From a virus (taxonomy: Duplodnaviria > Caudoviricetes), in the IMG/VR virus record IMGVR_UViG_3300028805_003982: DNA of 64,000 nucleotides; one strand, 5' to 3'. The notes under the pieces are model-generated. The model searched no databases, was not told the origin of the DNA, and saw nothing but the letters and a program-made list of their open reading frames with translations. How positions within the stretch are numbered: position 1 is the first letter of the stretch; the number at the start of each line of letters is the position of its first letter. The position numbers were made by a program, and so were the translations under genes. Positions 26,643 through 37,123 of this stretch are shown here, piece after piece.

Positions 26643-27734
26643 ATGATATTGAAGAAGCACATAGCGATGGTCTTGTCGTTGGTAATGGTTTTCGGCATTG
26701 TTGTTTCCGGGTGTTCTAAGGAGACTGTTCTTTCTTTGGATACCTCAGAGACTTCGTCAGAACCTTCTCAGACAAGCGAGCAGAATGTTTTTATCCCCGA
26801 AGAAACATCTTCAACGGCATCGACTTTTGTCGATCCCGGTACAGGAGAGACCGTGGAGATCATATCTACTTTACCGGACGGAACTCCGGATGAGACGCGG
26901 CCGACAACAGCACGCGGGCAGAGCAACGGTAACAACAGTTCCGCAACCAACCCGACTAATCAACCAGCGGGCGGAACGACTGGTGCTCTTGATACTGCAA
27001 GTACACCCGGTACAACAGTAACTCCTGTTCCTACAACAGTTCCGGGAACGACGGCAACTGTTACACCCAAGCCGACGGGTACTTCGTATGTAACGCCTAC
27101 GCCATATCCTACGTCATCACCCAAGCCGACGGTAACGGTTAAGCCTACAAATACGCCTACTCCGGCCCCTTCAGGTAACGGTACTTGGCAGGATTCAAAG
27201 GCTGATGAAATCATCAGTATCCTGAATCAGAAGAGACATGACAGGGCTGTGCGTTTGGGTACGGCAACCTGGTATGTTCCGTACCAGAAGAGCTCGTCTT
27301 TTACCAATTCAGCCAAACAGCTTGTATTAAAGGGTTTTTCGGCGAATGGTGATGACAAGTTTATCTTTAGTGGCAATGCGTCTGCATCAACAATCGCAAG
27401 CAGCATCGATCCTTATTTATCCTACACAAAGAAGATCAAGTATGTAAGTGTCGGTTTCGGTATCTATTACAATAACGGCAAGACATATGTAGTTATGATC
27501 CAGCAGGAAGGCCCTTCCGGTGAACCTTCTTCATCATACCATATCACGCCTAACAAGCCGGCAACTCCGACACCTGTACCTAAGCCTACGAACACGCCTA
27601 CGCCTGTTCCTACCAACACTCCTACGCCGGCACCTACGGCTACAAATACGCCTACACCTAAACCTACGAATACACCTACACCAAAGCCTACTGAAGCTCC
27701 GAGTGAGCAGCCAGATGACAGTGGTGACGCTTAA
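26643..27734 (+). CDS. Lipoprotein with Pro/Thr repeats and a degenerate CAP-like domain
   Basis: Lipobox VSGC; PT-rich linkers; WQDSK..EII..LNQKR...VGFGIYY..GKTYVV. Confidence 0.7.
   Translation: MILKKHIAMVLSLVMVFGIVVSGCSKETVLSLDTSETSSEPSQTSEQNVFIPEETSSTASTFVDPGTGETVEIISTLPDGTPDETRPTTARGQSNGNNSSATNPTNQPAGGTTGALDTASTPGTTVTPVPTTVPGTTATVTPKPTGTSYVTPTPYPTSSPKPTVTVKPTNTPTPAPSGNGTWQDSKADEIISILNQKRHDRAVRLGTATWYVPYQKSSSFTNSAKQLVLKGFSANGDDKFIFSGNASASTIASSIDPYLSYTKKIKYVSVGFGIYYNNGKTYVVMIQQEGPSGEPSSSYHITPNKPATPTPVPKPTNTPTPVPTNTPTPAPTATNTPTPKPTNTPTPKPTEAPSEQPDDSGDA
27560..27700 (+). repeat. Degenerate ~24-bp coding tandem repeat (PTNTPTP)
   Basis: Repeated CCTACGAA(C/T)AC(G/A)CCTAC(G/A)CC units. Confidence 0.8.
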
Positions 27735-27751
27735 GATTTAAGGAGGTTATT

Positions 27752-28693
27752 ATGAATTACAATAAGTTTTCTAAATGGGTTGTCGCTTCTTTAGCATTCC
27801 TGCTTATGTTTGGATTTTCGGCATGTGAAGCGAAGGGCGAAGACGGCAGTGCCCCGTCCATATCTGAGACGACTGCGGTTGACTCTACCGTAACCGAGAC
27901 AACGGAAAGCGAATTTGTACCTGTAGATACATCCGCTACCTCTTTTGAGACGATAGAGACTGTCGAAGCCACGCTGTCCTCAGAGACTTCTCAGGATAAG
28001 AAGCCGGGTGATCCGACAAATACAACAACACAGAACAAGGACAATGGCAAGCGGGAGGATACTACAAGTAAGCCTGCTCCAACCAAGAAGCCTACGGCAA
28101 CTCCTAAGCCTACAAAGAAGCCTACGGCAACTCCCAAACCTACGAATAAGCCTACTCCTAAGCCTACGAAGATTCCTAAGCCGACCAAGGCACCTACGCC
28201 AAAGCCAACCAAGGCGCCTACACCTAAGCCTACAAAGGCACCTACACCTGAACCTACAAAGAAGCCTACAGCAACCCCTACACCTAAGCCTACTCCCAAG
28301 CCGACACAGGCTCCGAGTGAAGGCAAGTGGCAGGACAGCAAGATCGATGATGTAATCAAGAAGCTCAATCAGATCCGTATGGACTATGTGGCTCAGGACG
28401 ACTCCGCTGAGTATTATGTACCGTTAAGGGCAAGCGATACTTTGTTGAAGACGGCAAAGAAAGAATGTTCTGACTACAATGATTCCGATTTTACCAAGTA
28501 TAAGATAGGCGGCAACGCATCTGCTTCAAAGATTGCCGATAAATTAAAGGATCGCTTAAAGTATTGGAATGTTGATGCCAAGTGCAAGCACGTAAATCTC
28601 GGTCTTGCGATCTTATATAAAGACGGTAACACATATGTCGTTGCCGTATACACCAAGGGTCCGTCAGGACATGGTGATTCGATAGAGCGTTGA
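27752..28693 (+). CDS. Paralogous lipoprotein with PTK(K/A)PT repeats and CAP-like domain
   Basis: Lipobox FSAC; [17 protein letters not shown]...GNASASKIA...[15 protein letters not shown]. Confidence 0.7.
   Translation: MNYNKFSKWVVASLAFLLMFGFSACEAKGEDGSAPSISETTAVDSTVTETTESEFVPVDTSATSFETIETVEATLSSETSQDKKPGDPTNTTTQNKDNGKREDTTSKPAPTKKPTATPKPTKKPTATPKPTNKPTPKPTKIPKPTKAPTPKPTKAPTPKPTKAPTPEPTKKPTATPTPKPTPKPTQAPSEGKWQDSKIDDVIKKLNQIRMDYVAQDDSAEYYVPLRASDTLLKTAKKECSDYNDSDFTKYKIGGNASASKIADKLKDRLKYWNVDAKCKHVNLGLAILYKDGNTYVVAVYTKGPSGHGDSIER
28075..28315 (+). repeat. Coding tandem repeat ([16 protein letters not shown])
   Basis: Repeated AAGCCTAC units with 24-30 bp periodicity. Confidence 0.8.
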
Positions 28694-28721
28694 TGACCTG
28701 TCCTGTTGATGGAGAAGTGAC

Positions 28722-29621
28722 ATGTCAGATGTGATTTTGATCATTGTTAGTGTGATAGCCGTTATAGCCTCTATAACGGCTGTTATGCTGTTAATAAGAT
28801 GCAGAAAGTATCTGTTCGGTAAAGAGCTTGATCCGGACGAAAAGCTTAAGCTGAAAGAAGCCGCTATGCAGGCTCGTATAGACGAGCTCGGCAAGCAATA
28901 TGATACCAAATTTGCCGATCTGGACAAACGTTTTAAGACTATGGAAGAGACTGCTCAAAAGCAGTTTAATGCGAAACGGGAACAGAACGAGCAGGAATAC
29001 CTGAAAAAATGCCTTGAACAACAGGCAAGCCTTACGAAGCTGCAAACAGAAAACGCTGAGAAGGTCGAGAAGATCAAAGCGGATCTGAAGTTTTATGAAG
29101 ACCTGCAATCTTCTGTTGTAACTAATTATCTGGAAGCAGAGAAAAAGGCTAAGGATCGGGATTTTCACAGGATCATGCTTGAAGGTTCTGAGCAGTCTGA
29201 TATAGAAGTGCTTCGTCCGGTGGCAGAGAAGATAAGTAAACCGATCATTTTGTATAAGCTCATATATGAGATTTACTATAAGCCCAAGCTTGATACGATG
29301 TTTAAGCAGGTTCTCGGCACCTCTGAAGGGGGCGGGGGCATATACAAGATAACCAACATCAAAGACGGGCGGGTATATATCGGAAGGGCTACGAAGTTCC
29401 TTGACCGCTGGAGGCAGCACGCTAAATGCGGCACTGGAGCAGATAACGGGGCTCAGATCAATGTCCGGTTATACGACTCTATGAAAAAAGAAGGGATAGA
29501 AAACTTTACTTTTGAGGTTCTGGACGAATGTCCGGCAGAAGAACAGCCTGCAAGAGAGAAGTATTGGATCGATTATTATCGTTCTATGGAGTATGGATAC
29601 AACATTAAGAGTGGCGGCTGA
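28722..29621 (+). CDS. TM-coiled-coil protein with C-terminal GIY-YIG nuclease domain
   Basis: N-terminal hydrophobic helix and E/K/Q-rich coil; GIYKITN...VYIGRA...RWRQH...E.YWI...GYN. Confidence 0.8.
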   Translation: MSDVILIIVSVIAVIASITAVMLLIRCRKYLFGKELDPDEKLKLKEAAMQARIDELGKQYDTKFADLDKRFKTMEETAQKQFNAKREQNEQEYLKKCLEQQASLTKLQTENAEKVEKIKADLKFYEDLQSSVVTNYLEAEKKAKDRDFHRIMLEGSEQSDIEVLRPVAEKISKPIILYKLIYEIYYKPKLDTMFKQVLGTSEGGGGIYKITNIKDGRVYIGRATKFLDRWRQHAKCGTGADNGAQINVRLYDSMKKEGIENFTFEVLDECPAEEQPAREKYWIDYYRSMEYGYNIKSGG

Positions 29622-29729
29622 TCTTTAAACCGTATCTATTTTAATTTCCTTATATAAGTTTACACACTTTAGGATTTTCTGTGTCATAATTAAGTGTAAT
29701 ACCAAGAGTATAAACAGGAGGATACCAAT

Positions 29730-30062
29730 ATGACTTATATCCCGGATTGCCGTGTCGACGGCAATTATAACGAGCGTTATTTGAACGCAACAGATAAGGA
29801 ATACCTCGCAGGTTTTGACGCTGCCGTTGAAGCACTGCTTAATCTTGAGGGCAATCTTGACGTATATTCTGCCGATAGTCTGGTCATGCATTATCTGGAG
29901 GAGAATCCGGAAAAGGCCAAAGAACTCTTTGCTTCTATGAAGGATTGGGCAGAAATGGAAAGAAATGAGCTTATCGTTTCGATGCTCGACAATATGGACG
30001 ACGATGAATACCAAAAGATCAAAGCAGAAGTTGATAAGAATAAGAACACAGACGGAGAATAA
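29730..30062 (+). CDS. Hypothetical acidic protein
   Basis: AGGAGG RBS; 110 aa. Confidence 0.7.
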   Translation: MTYIPDCRVDGNYNERYLNATDKEYLAGFDAAVEALLNLEGNLDVYSADSLVMHYLEENPEKAKELFASMKDWAEMERNELIVSMLDNMDDDEYQKIKAEVDKNKNTDGE

Positions 30063-30071
30063 GTATAAATT

Positions 30072-30674
30072 ATGGCTAAGACAGCGGATTTTATCTATGC
30101 GTTTACAAAACTTGAGACCGCATTAAAGGAACAGTATAACCAAACTGTTTTGCAGTTTGAGACTGGTTTGCAGGAAACTGATATTGATACGGCGGAAAAG
30201 CTTAAGGTGTGCCGTATCTTGCGTAATTATGTTTCTCATCATTCGGATAGTATAAAGTTTGTCAGTGTTTCCGATAAACAGGTCGCCTTTTTGGAAGATC
30301 TGGTGAACCGGGTTAACGGCATCCCGGCATTAAAAGACTGTTATCAGCGGCTTACTCCGATAACCCAGAACACATCCAGGGAAGACTTGATGAAGATTCT
30401 TGCCAAGAGCAAGTTTGGAATAGTTCCCGTGACGGATCTTTCCGGTTTTCCTATAGGCAGTTTAAGCTGGGAAGATGCCGTAAAGCTTTTTAATGCCTCA
30501 TCAGGCAAGAGAATTGATAAAGATACTTTGTTTAAGATCGTTGGAAAACAGAAAAATCTTTGTTTGTGTAATCGTAACTACACAGGTGAAGACATACAAA
30601 GCGGTAAGGTGATCTTTGTCGTGGACGCCGGAGGATTATATCAGGGCATATATAAATATATTAAAAGAGGGTGA
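30072..30674 (+). CDS. HEPN-like plus CBS-domain protein
   Basis: F-x3-F-x2-LE helix and RNYVSH (Rx4H); downstream TPIT..TS.EDLMKIL....GIVPVTD..G.PIGSLS.ED is CBS-like. Confidence 0.6.
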   Translation: MAKTADFIYAFTKLETALKEQYNQTVLQFETGLQETDIDTAEKLKVCRILRNYVSHHSDSIKFVSVSDKQVAFLEDLVNRVNGIPALKDCYQRLTPITQNTSREDLMKILAKSKFGIVPVTDLSGFPIGSLSWEDAVKLFNASSGKRIDKDTLFKIVGKQKNLCLCNRNYTGEDIQSGKVIFVVDAGGLYQGIYKYIKRG

Positions 30675-30682
30675 GATGCTAA

Positions 30683-30991
30683 ATGGCTAATACTGAATTT
30701 GAGTTTACTTGGAAATACGGTGATTTTGAGATACGGACAACAAGGGCGCTTAATAAAGGACATGCGCCCTATGTTGAACTTGTGAAATGGGAAGAAGGGC
30801 GTAACGGAAAGAAATCCTGCTTTACGCTTGCCTATTATCGTTGGGACGATGAAGGCGGTGAACTTTCTTTTGTTGGGCAGCGGCCTTTTGAGGAGATCAG
30901 TGAGATCGATATATCTCCTGTCTGGAAACAGTTATGGCTTGCGTGTCAGATGTTAAAAGATTGGTGTGATAAAGAATGTCAGGAGGACTGA
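30683..30991 (+). CDS. Hypothetical protein
   Basis: 102-aa ORF in operon context. Confidence 0.65.
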   Translation: MANTEFEFTWKYGDFEIRTTRALNKGHAPYVELVKWEEGRNGKKSCFTLAYYRWDDEGGELSFVGQRPFEEISEIDISPVWKQLWLACQMLKDWCDKECQED

Positions 30992-31161
30992 TGATGGGTC
31001 TTTTTGGGACAGAAGAAGAGCGTATCAACAAAAAGATCTTGAAGATCGAGCATAAGAGGGCAAGGGTTGTGGCAGATCCGCTGCACAGTAAAGATGATCT
31101 GATAGCCTTTGACCTTGAATTGGAAGAATTACAGAATAAGTTAAAACAAATAAAAAGATAA
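30991..31161 (+). CDS. Small hypothetical protein
   Basis: AGGAGG RBS; TGATG overlap with the upstream stop. Confidence 0.55.
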   Translation: MMGLFGTEEERINKKILKIEHKRARVVADPLHSKDDLIAFDLELEELQNKLKQIKR

Positions 31162-31173
31162 GGAGAGTTGAGT

Positions 31174-31380
31174 ATGTCAGTAATTAAATGGGTAAACAAG
31201 TGGAGTGGCGAAACCGGCTATGTGAAGAGCATTAAGCCTAAGCAGGGTCACTTCGTAAATACTTTTGAGCAGACAGAAGCTAAAAAGTATAAAGATGAGG
31301 CGGTTTTGAACCGTGCGTTGGACGTTCTCATCGCTATCGGTGAGGGTGATAACAACTACTTTGAGGTAGTTGAGGCTTAA
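31174..31380 (+). CDS. Small hypothetical protein
   Basis: AAGGAG RBS; MSVIKWVNKWSGETGYV... Confidence 0.65.
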   Translation: MSVIKWVNKWSGETGYVKSIKPKQGHFVNTFEQTEAKKYKDEAVLNRALDVLIAIGEGDNNYFEVVEA

Positions 31381-31391
31381 GGAGGGCGCAT

Positions 31392-32159
31392 ATGAAACAC
31401 AAGAAGATATTAGCTGTTCTTTTGGCATCATGCCTTGTTTTTAGTCTTGCAGGATGCTCGAAAACTAACGAGACAACTGTAAGCGCTCAGACAAGTATTT
31501 CCGAGAGTTCAGACACCGGCTCTGATATTACTGACATTACTGCTGTTTCTTCCGGCGAAGCTACAAGTACGACGGAAGCAGCCGGCTGGGAGTATCTGCT
31601 TGACAATATGTCGGATGAAGAGGTAGCGGATCTTGTATTTAATATGGTATCTGGCTTTCATTTGGGAATGTCGGTTGACGATTGGTATTCCGTAGTAGGT
31701 AAGGTGCCTGCAACTGTTTCTAATGCGAATAAGTTGGAATACAAGTGTTTAGGTTACAGTATGGGGCATTGGCCTTCTAATGACTATGTAAAGACCATTG
31801 AACTTCAGTATATGAGAACAGACGACGGTACTGTTCAGGTAAGTGACTCCAATCGCAACATAGCTAAGATCGATATTAGTCTGAGATTTGTTGACGAGGC
31901 AAGAGCAAAGCATATCTATGAGCTCCTTAAAGAAAAGTTCGCTGTCGTTACAAATGAGGGGTATCACGAAGATGAAGACGAAGCAAGATACTGGCAGACA
32001 TATGCTTTCAGCAATACTGAGGATCATAAGTATGATGAGGCTTGGCGTGTTAAGTGGGGAGGAAGTAATGAAGAGAGCATTCAGATGCACGCTGACGGTA
32101 TGAGTGAGTATGATATTGAAGTCTGGGCCTTCCTTGAAGGTTATCCTGGATTGATGTAA
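31392..32159 (+). CDS. Lipoprotein
   Basis: MKHKKILAVLL...LAGC lipobox; S/T-rich tether. Confidence 0.75.
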   Translation: MKHKKILAVLLASCLVFSLAGCSKTNETTVSAQTSISESSDTGSDITDITAVSSGEATSTTEAAGWEYLLDNMSDEEVADLVFNMVSGFHLGMSVDDWYSVVGKVPATVSNANKLEYKCLGYSMGHWPSNDYVKTIELQYMRTDDGTVQVSDSNRNIAKIDISLRFVDEARAKHIYELLKEKFAVVTNEGYHEDEDEARYWQTYAFSNTEDHKYDEAWRVKWGGSNEESIQMHADGMSEYDIEVWAFLEGYPGLM

Positions 32160-32208
32160 CGGAACCCTTTATTTATTATAGGTAATTTATAAGAAAGGAC
32201 ATATAATA

Positions 32209-32985
32209 ATGAAAGCAAAGAAAATTATCGCTTTATTCTTAACTATGTGCTGTCTTGGCTCGTTGGCCGCTTGTAATAGCTCGCCTGTCGAGTCTGCAAA
32301 CCTTGATCCTGATGCCTCGGTGGTAGAAACCTCAGATAATCAAGGAGATGACCATTATTACAAATACTTTAAGGTGTTTGAGATCGTTAAAGATGGTGTA
32401 ACAACAAAGGCATTTGACCTTGATAAATCCGTAGGTACACTGCAAGAGGCAAGGGAAAATGTATCTGGTGAAATCAATATCCCCGAGGGTGTTGATACAA
32501 TTTGCTCATTCAAGGGTTTTACAAAAATCACAAAAGTTACCATTCCCGAAGGTGTTACAGTTCTTCCTTTTGCTTGTTTTGAGGGTTGTTCTGCTCTTAC
32601 AGAGGTTAAATTAGCTGACTCCATTGAAGTTATTGAGGGAAATACTTTTAAGAGCTGTACTAATATGACTTCGGTTGTCATGCCGAAATCGCTTAAAACT
32701 CTTGGTGGAACTGCTGATTATTACAGGAGTGGAATATCAAGTATCTATTTTCCTGCTGAAGTTCAACTTGAAAACTATATAAAGAAAAGTGATCTTGGTG
32801 TTTCTTTTACTTGTATGCCTCGAATAATGGGGAGTAGGGTAATAACCGTATATTTAGTTGAGGGTTCTTGGTTGGACGTAAACTTTAAGAGTCTATATGA
32901 GGACGAGTCTTCTGAATATGAATGGGCCGTTGACCATAATGAGGATAGAAGTGATTTACCAGAAATAGCCTATTGGAATGGCTAA
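32209..32985 (+). CDS. Lipoprotein with BspA-type (LRR_5) repeats
   Basis: LAAC lipobox; VTIPEGVTVL..ACFEGCSALTEVKL...IEGNTFKSCTNMTSVVMP. Confidence 0.8.
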   Translation: MKAKKIIALFLTMCCLGSLAACNSSPVESANLDPDASVVETSDNQGDDHYYKYFKVFEIVKDGVTTKAFDLDKSVGTLQEARENVSGEINIPEGVDTICSFKGFTKITKVTIPEGVTVLPFACFEGCSALTEVKLADSIEVIEGNTFKSCTNMTSVVMPKSLKTLGGTADYYRSGISSIYFPAEVQLENYIKKSDLGVSFTCMPRIMGSRVITVYLVEGSWLDVNFKSLYEDESSEYEWAVDHNEDRSDLPEIAYWNG

Positions 32986-33049
32986 TAGCTACCGGAGCTA
33001 GTGCCTTGCGATGCACTTAAATAATTTATAAACAGAAAGGTGTTTTACT

Positions 33050-33763
33050 ATGAAACATAAGAAAATCTTAGCTATTCTTTTGACTTTTAGTTTGGCTGCC
33101 GGATTTACGGCGTGCACCAAGCCCGCGGCAACGAGTGATACCAGCAATTCGGTGCCTGATATCTCTATTTCAGAATCGGAGCCAACGTCATTTGAAACAG
33201 AAGAAACAGAAGATATGGCATTTTCAGAGTTCTATAGTCTTGAAAATATGTCAGCTTCTGAGATCAAGGGTGTACTTGAGAAATATTATACTGAGATAAT
33301 CCCTGCCGAGGGACAGTCTTCTGATGAATTCAGGAAGAGTCTTCCGGTGATCCCCGAGAGGATCGTTAACGGATCTCCCGAAACTAATTGCTTTGCATCT
33401 TACAGGGGGCTTGATACCGAAGGACATAGCAGGGTCTTGGTTATCAGCTGGGAAGGTTTCATTGAAGGAGAAAATGATGTTTTTGCTCCGGCTGATGTTC
33501 ATGACCCCAAGACGAAGTTTGATATGGTAATTCAGGGAAAAGATTTGGCGTTAGAACTGTTGGATCTTTATCGCCAGGAGATTAACTCTATCGGTTTTGA
33601 GCAGGTTACCGATCAGAACCAGGGTAATATCTGGTCTCTTAGCGGTGCTTCCGATTTTGTTGACCAGCGTGCGACTAAATCTATTTCGGTATTGATTGGT
33701 CCGGCTACTACAGAAGGCGATGACTTTTGGACAGTTACGGTTAAGCATTCTTACGTAAAGTAA
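33050..33763 (+). CDS. Lipoprotein
   Basis: MKHKKILAILL...FTAC lipobox. Confidence 0.75.
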   Translation: MKHKKILAILLTFSLAAGFTACTKPAATSDTSNSVPDISISESEPTSFETEETEDMAFSEFYSLENMSASEIKGVLEKYYTEIIPAEGQSSDEFRKSLPVIPERIVNGSPETNCFASYRGLDTEGHSRVLVISWEGFIEGENDVFAPADVHDPKTKFDMVIQGKDLALELLDLYRQEINSIGFEQVTDQNQGNIWSLSGASDFVDQRATKSISVLIGPATTEGDDFWTVTVKHSYVK

Positions 33764-33865
33764 ACCGGATAACGACATGGGGGAAAATGCATGAATTATA
33801 AGGCAGGAGCACCTAAAACATAAACATATTTTATCATCGGTATAAGGGGGAGCCGAACACGGGGG

Positions 33866-36355
33866 TTGGTGTTAGTGAAAAAGAGAAATTGTTTGGCTGC
33901 GTTGTTGATAACGTTTATTGTTATAAGTCATCTGTCGCCCTGCTTGGTCTTGGGCGATGGTGAAACCACGCTTCCCGAGACCCAAGAACAGTCTGAGATC
34001 CAAGAGGGGGCTGAGGTTGATGCAGAAGTTTCTGAACAACCGGGGGTTGAAAATGATTCAACTGATCCGGTTAACGAAGATAAAGAGACTGTTGCAGAAG
34101 CTGCCGGTTCAGAAGAGGCTGAAGAGATTTCCGAGCAGGCAGAAGAATCCGCAAATGATGGGTCTTCCGATGGGTTTGAGTCTACTCAAACAGACGCCCC
34201 CGAGGAGCAAAAACCCGTTTTAAGGGGGTCTGTAAGGAGCGCTGCGTTGGAGATAACCTACGTTAATGGGAAATACGTTTATGACGGGGCAGAACACGAC
34301 ACGTTCCCTGTCAGCGGCGATTATATACTGGGTTCTGATGTTCCCGTATACAGTCAGATATCCGTAGGAGATGCAAATGGCAGTGTTTTGAGCATAGATC
34401 TGAACGGATATGATCTCATAGACAGGTCCGGTACTAATAAGCCTTTCTTTTCGGTCCAGCAAAATGATGTTCTTAACGTTACCGGAACATCAGGCAAGAT
34501 ACGATCTGAACAAACGGCGCATCATACGGCGGTCTATCTTAATAACGGCGGTACATTCAATTTTAGCGGCGGAAGTTTGGAAGACTTTGTATCAGATACT
34601 TACGGCGGCGGGGTTGATGTTGAACATGCTAATGATGTGTTCAGGATGACAGGTACTGCTTCGATAAAGAATTGTGGTACGACATATGCATCAGGCGGTG
34701 GCGGTATAAATGTCCTTCGCGGAAAGTTTTATATGACTGATAATGCTTCGGTCACGGAATGCTATACCTCTTTTTCTTCGGGCGGGGAGAAGAAGGGCAA
34801 TGGGGCAGGTATTCAGGTCGGCACTAACGGCTCCTTCTATCTGTCCGGTAATGCCGTGATCGCCAATAACCACGGTACCGGGTATCACGGCGCCGGCGTT
34901 GACCTGTGGAGTTCCGGCATTATGTATCTTTCAGGGTCACCCACGATCGTTAATAACATGAACGGCAAGAATCAGCCTGTTAACCTTTATGCAGGTTCCG
35001 TTGTTAGGATAAACGGTGTTTTAACGGGCACTCCTGATTCTATCGGTGTCTCCGTTCAAAGCAATCCTGTTTTTACGACCGGACTTAAAGAGCATAATCC
35101 TGATGCGGACATCGCGGATCTGATCGGTATTTTTGACTCTGACAGATATTATTGGGAAGACCTTCCCAGACATCTTGAGTATTCCATCATTGACCAAGAT
35201 GGGTTGGAAGCGAAGCAGTCGCCTACCATAATGGTTCATTTTATGACTAACATAGATGATCCGGAGGCCGAGTATAAAAATCAGTACATCGTTCCCGGCG
35301 GGTATGCCACAAATCCGGGCAATCCGTCAAGGACGGGGTATAACTTTAAGGGCTGGTATACAACTGCAGCAGGTACCGGCAGCGCCTGGTCTTTTAATAA
35401 CAACAACGTGCCGGTTGATCACGATCTGTATCTGTATGCTAAATGGGAAAAGAAAACCTATAATATGACAGTTGTCGTTACGGAGAATGAGTATTCCGAC
35501 AAAATTACTACTTCCGGCAATACCACAGTAGCATATGGAGAAGACTGGACATTTACGGCAGAAACCGAAGAAGGCTACTATATAAGTGCCGTCAAGATCG
35601 ATTCAACCGTTCAACCCATTGAGGGTCAGCCTGCCGAGTATGAGACGACGATAGGCCCGATATCTTCTGCAAGGACGGTTACGGTTACGGTCGGGCGCGA
35701 GGAAGTGACCCTTACTCTTGCCGCGTTAGATAATACGCATCAATCGGCATGGTCTTGTGATACTCCTGAAACAACCGTGTTTTATGGAGAATCAGCTGAG
35801 CTTGAAGGAACTTTTGCCGACGGATATTACGTAAAATCGATCACCGTTGAAGGGGTGGCATTACCGGCAGAACAGTATTCGATCGAGAAAAATGCCGTCA
35901 GAGTGTCCTATATGGAGCTTATGACAGATATCGATGTAGTAGTTGAGCTTGAAAAGTATTTGAAAATAGACGTAGTAAAAGACGGCTCAGCAGGATATTC
36001 GGATGAGACTCTGGATCTATATCTGGCTGAAGCAGGGGCTTCCCAGACGGTCGTATTAAAGTCTGCTGACGGGTATTTCATAGACGAAGTGGAAGTAGAC
36101 GGGGTTTTAAGATCCGATGTGGGCGATCAGACAGGTTCATACACCGTGTCTTTTGAGAATATCAGTTCGGATCACACCATCAGATATACAGTGACCCGGC
36201 CGGCGGTTATGATTCCGGAGCCTACGGGATTTTCGGACAATTCATCTTGGTTATCTTTAACAGTTGCTATATACGCGTCTCTTTTAGCAGGATTAGTAAC
36301 TTTTAAGATCATAAATAAAAATGATACTTTGGAGGAAAAAGAGTATGAAAACTAA
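33866..36355 (+). CDS. Sortase-anchored surface protein (beta-helix-like repeats plus InlB-B/Flg_new repeat)
   Basis: Signal peptide and acidic linker; GGG(V/I)...G.F...G repeats; PSRTGYNFKGWY...LYAKW; IPEPTG and TM helix. Confidence 0.75.
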   Translation: MVLVKKRNCLAALLITFIVISHLSPCLVLGDGETTLPETQEQSEIQEGAEVDAEVSEQPGVENDSTDPVNEDKETVAEAAGSEEAEEISEQAEESANDGSSDGFESTQTDAPEEQKPVLRGSVRSAALEITYVNGKYVYDGAEHDTFPVSGDYILGSDVPVYSQISVGDANGSVLSIDLNGYDLIDRSGTNKPFFSVQQNDVLNVTGTSGKIRSEQTAHHTAVYLNNGGTFNFSGGSLEDFVSDTYGGGVDVEHANDVFRMTGTASIKNCGTTYASGGGGINVLRGKFYMTDNASVTECYTSFSSGGEKKGNGAGIQVGTNGSFYLSGNAVIANNHGTGYHGAGVDLWSSGIMYLSGSPTIVNNMNGKNQPVNLYAGSVVRINGVLTGTPDSIGVSVQSNPVFTTGLKEHNPDADIADLIGIFDSDRYYWEDLPRHLEYSIIDQDGLEAKQSPTIMVHFMTNIDDPEAEYKNQYIVPGGYATNPGNPSRTGYNFKGWYTTAAGTGSAWSFNNNNVPVDHDLYLYAKWEKKTYNMTVVVTENEYSDKITTSGNTTVAYGEDWTFTAETEEGYYISAVKIDSTVQPIEGQPAEYETTIGPISSARTVTVTVGREEVTLTLAALDNTHQSAWSCDTPETTVFYGESAELEGTFADGYYVKSITVEGVALPAEQYSIEKNAVRVSYMELMTDIDVVVELEKYLKIDVVKDGSAGYSDETLDLYLAEAGASQTVVLKSADGYFIDEVEVDGVLRSDVGDQTGSYTVSFENISSDHTIRYTVTRPAVMIPEPTGFSDNSSWLSLTVAIYASLLAGLVTFKIINKNDTLEEKEYEN

Positions 36356-36932
36356 AACAAACAGAAAGATCGCGGCAGCTTGTATGCTGCTTGCCATGGG
36401 CTTGACAGTGGTAGCAGCCAAGAGCCCCGTTGCAGGGCTTCATCCTATTTCAGCTATCGCTAACACGGGTGAAGACATTACAGGAAGGATCGTTATCGAA
36501 GAAGGTGTTGATGAGAAGGGCGTTATTGGCATGAATGCGGGTGGCTTGGATTCAACATATAAGAACGATGATTTCGTGGTTGTTGACACATTTGATTGTT
36601 ATTATGTTGACGCTGACGGCAATAAAACTGCCCTTCCTTATGACCATGTAACTATACAGGCATCTTATCAATCCGATGAGAATGACGCCGTTATTGTTCT
36701 TCATTATGCCGACGGTAAGTGGCAGGCAGTAGGTGAGGCCATCTCTACTTCGGTAGTTGAGTTCAACGTCGAGAGCCTTTCTCCTTTTGCGATCGCGAAG
36801 AAGTCTGCACATTCTTCAGCACAGACCGGAGATTTTGCTTCAGTAGCTGTTCTTGGCGGTTCTGCAATTTGTGCTTTCGGCGGTGTGGTAGCTCTTCAGA
36901 ATGCACGTAAGAGCAGGGAAGACGAGGCCTGA
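36345..36932 (+). CDS. Small surface-anchored protein
   Basis: Signal peptide; VLHY..G.W...F.VESLSPFAI; SAQTG, TM helix and basic tail; start at ATG 36345 behind GGAGG. Confidence 0.7.
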   Translation: MKTKTNRKIAAACMLLAMGLTVVAAKSPVAGLHPISAIANTGEDITGRIVIEEGVDEKGVIGMNAGGLDSTYKNDDFVVVDTFDCYYVDADGNKTALPYDHVTIQASYQSDENDAVIVLHYADGKWQAVGEAISTSVVEFNVESLSPFAIAKKSAHSSAQTGDFASVAVLGGSAICAFGGVVALQNARKSREDEA

Positions 36933-36967
36933 CCGTTTACGGGGATTATAGAATTCAGTACGTTGAT

Positions 36968-37123
36968 ATGAAACATTTTTTAGCCGCCATGTGTATGTTT
37001 TCCGGTTTTATTTTATGGCCCGTTGCGTTTGCTTTGATTAAGAAAGCATCCGGAAAGGTCATTACGTGTTTGGTGCTGTCAGGGTTGTTTTTAATGATGT
37101 TAGGAGGAGTTTTGTTCATTTAA
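36968..37123 (+). CDS. Possible 51-aa two-TM membrane peptide
   Basis: MKHFLAAMCMFSGFILWPVAFALIKKASGKVITCLVLSGLFLMMLGGVLFI fills the gap, but has no clear RBS. Confidence 0.35.
   Translation: MKHFLAAMCMFSGFILWPVAFALIKKASGKVITCLVLSGLFLMMLGGVLFI

Noticed and set aside
27560-28315. Regularly spaced short repeats as a possible CRISPR array
   Set aside because: They are degenerate in-frame Pro/Thr codon repeats within lipoprotein genes, with no unique spacers and no cas genes.
33792-33824. Tiny uORF MNYKAGAPKT upstream of the 829-aa surface protein as a second arrest peptide
   Set aside because: There is no RxGP-type motif and no downstream terminator, so it is likely chance.
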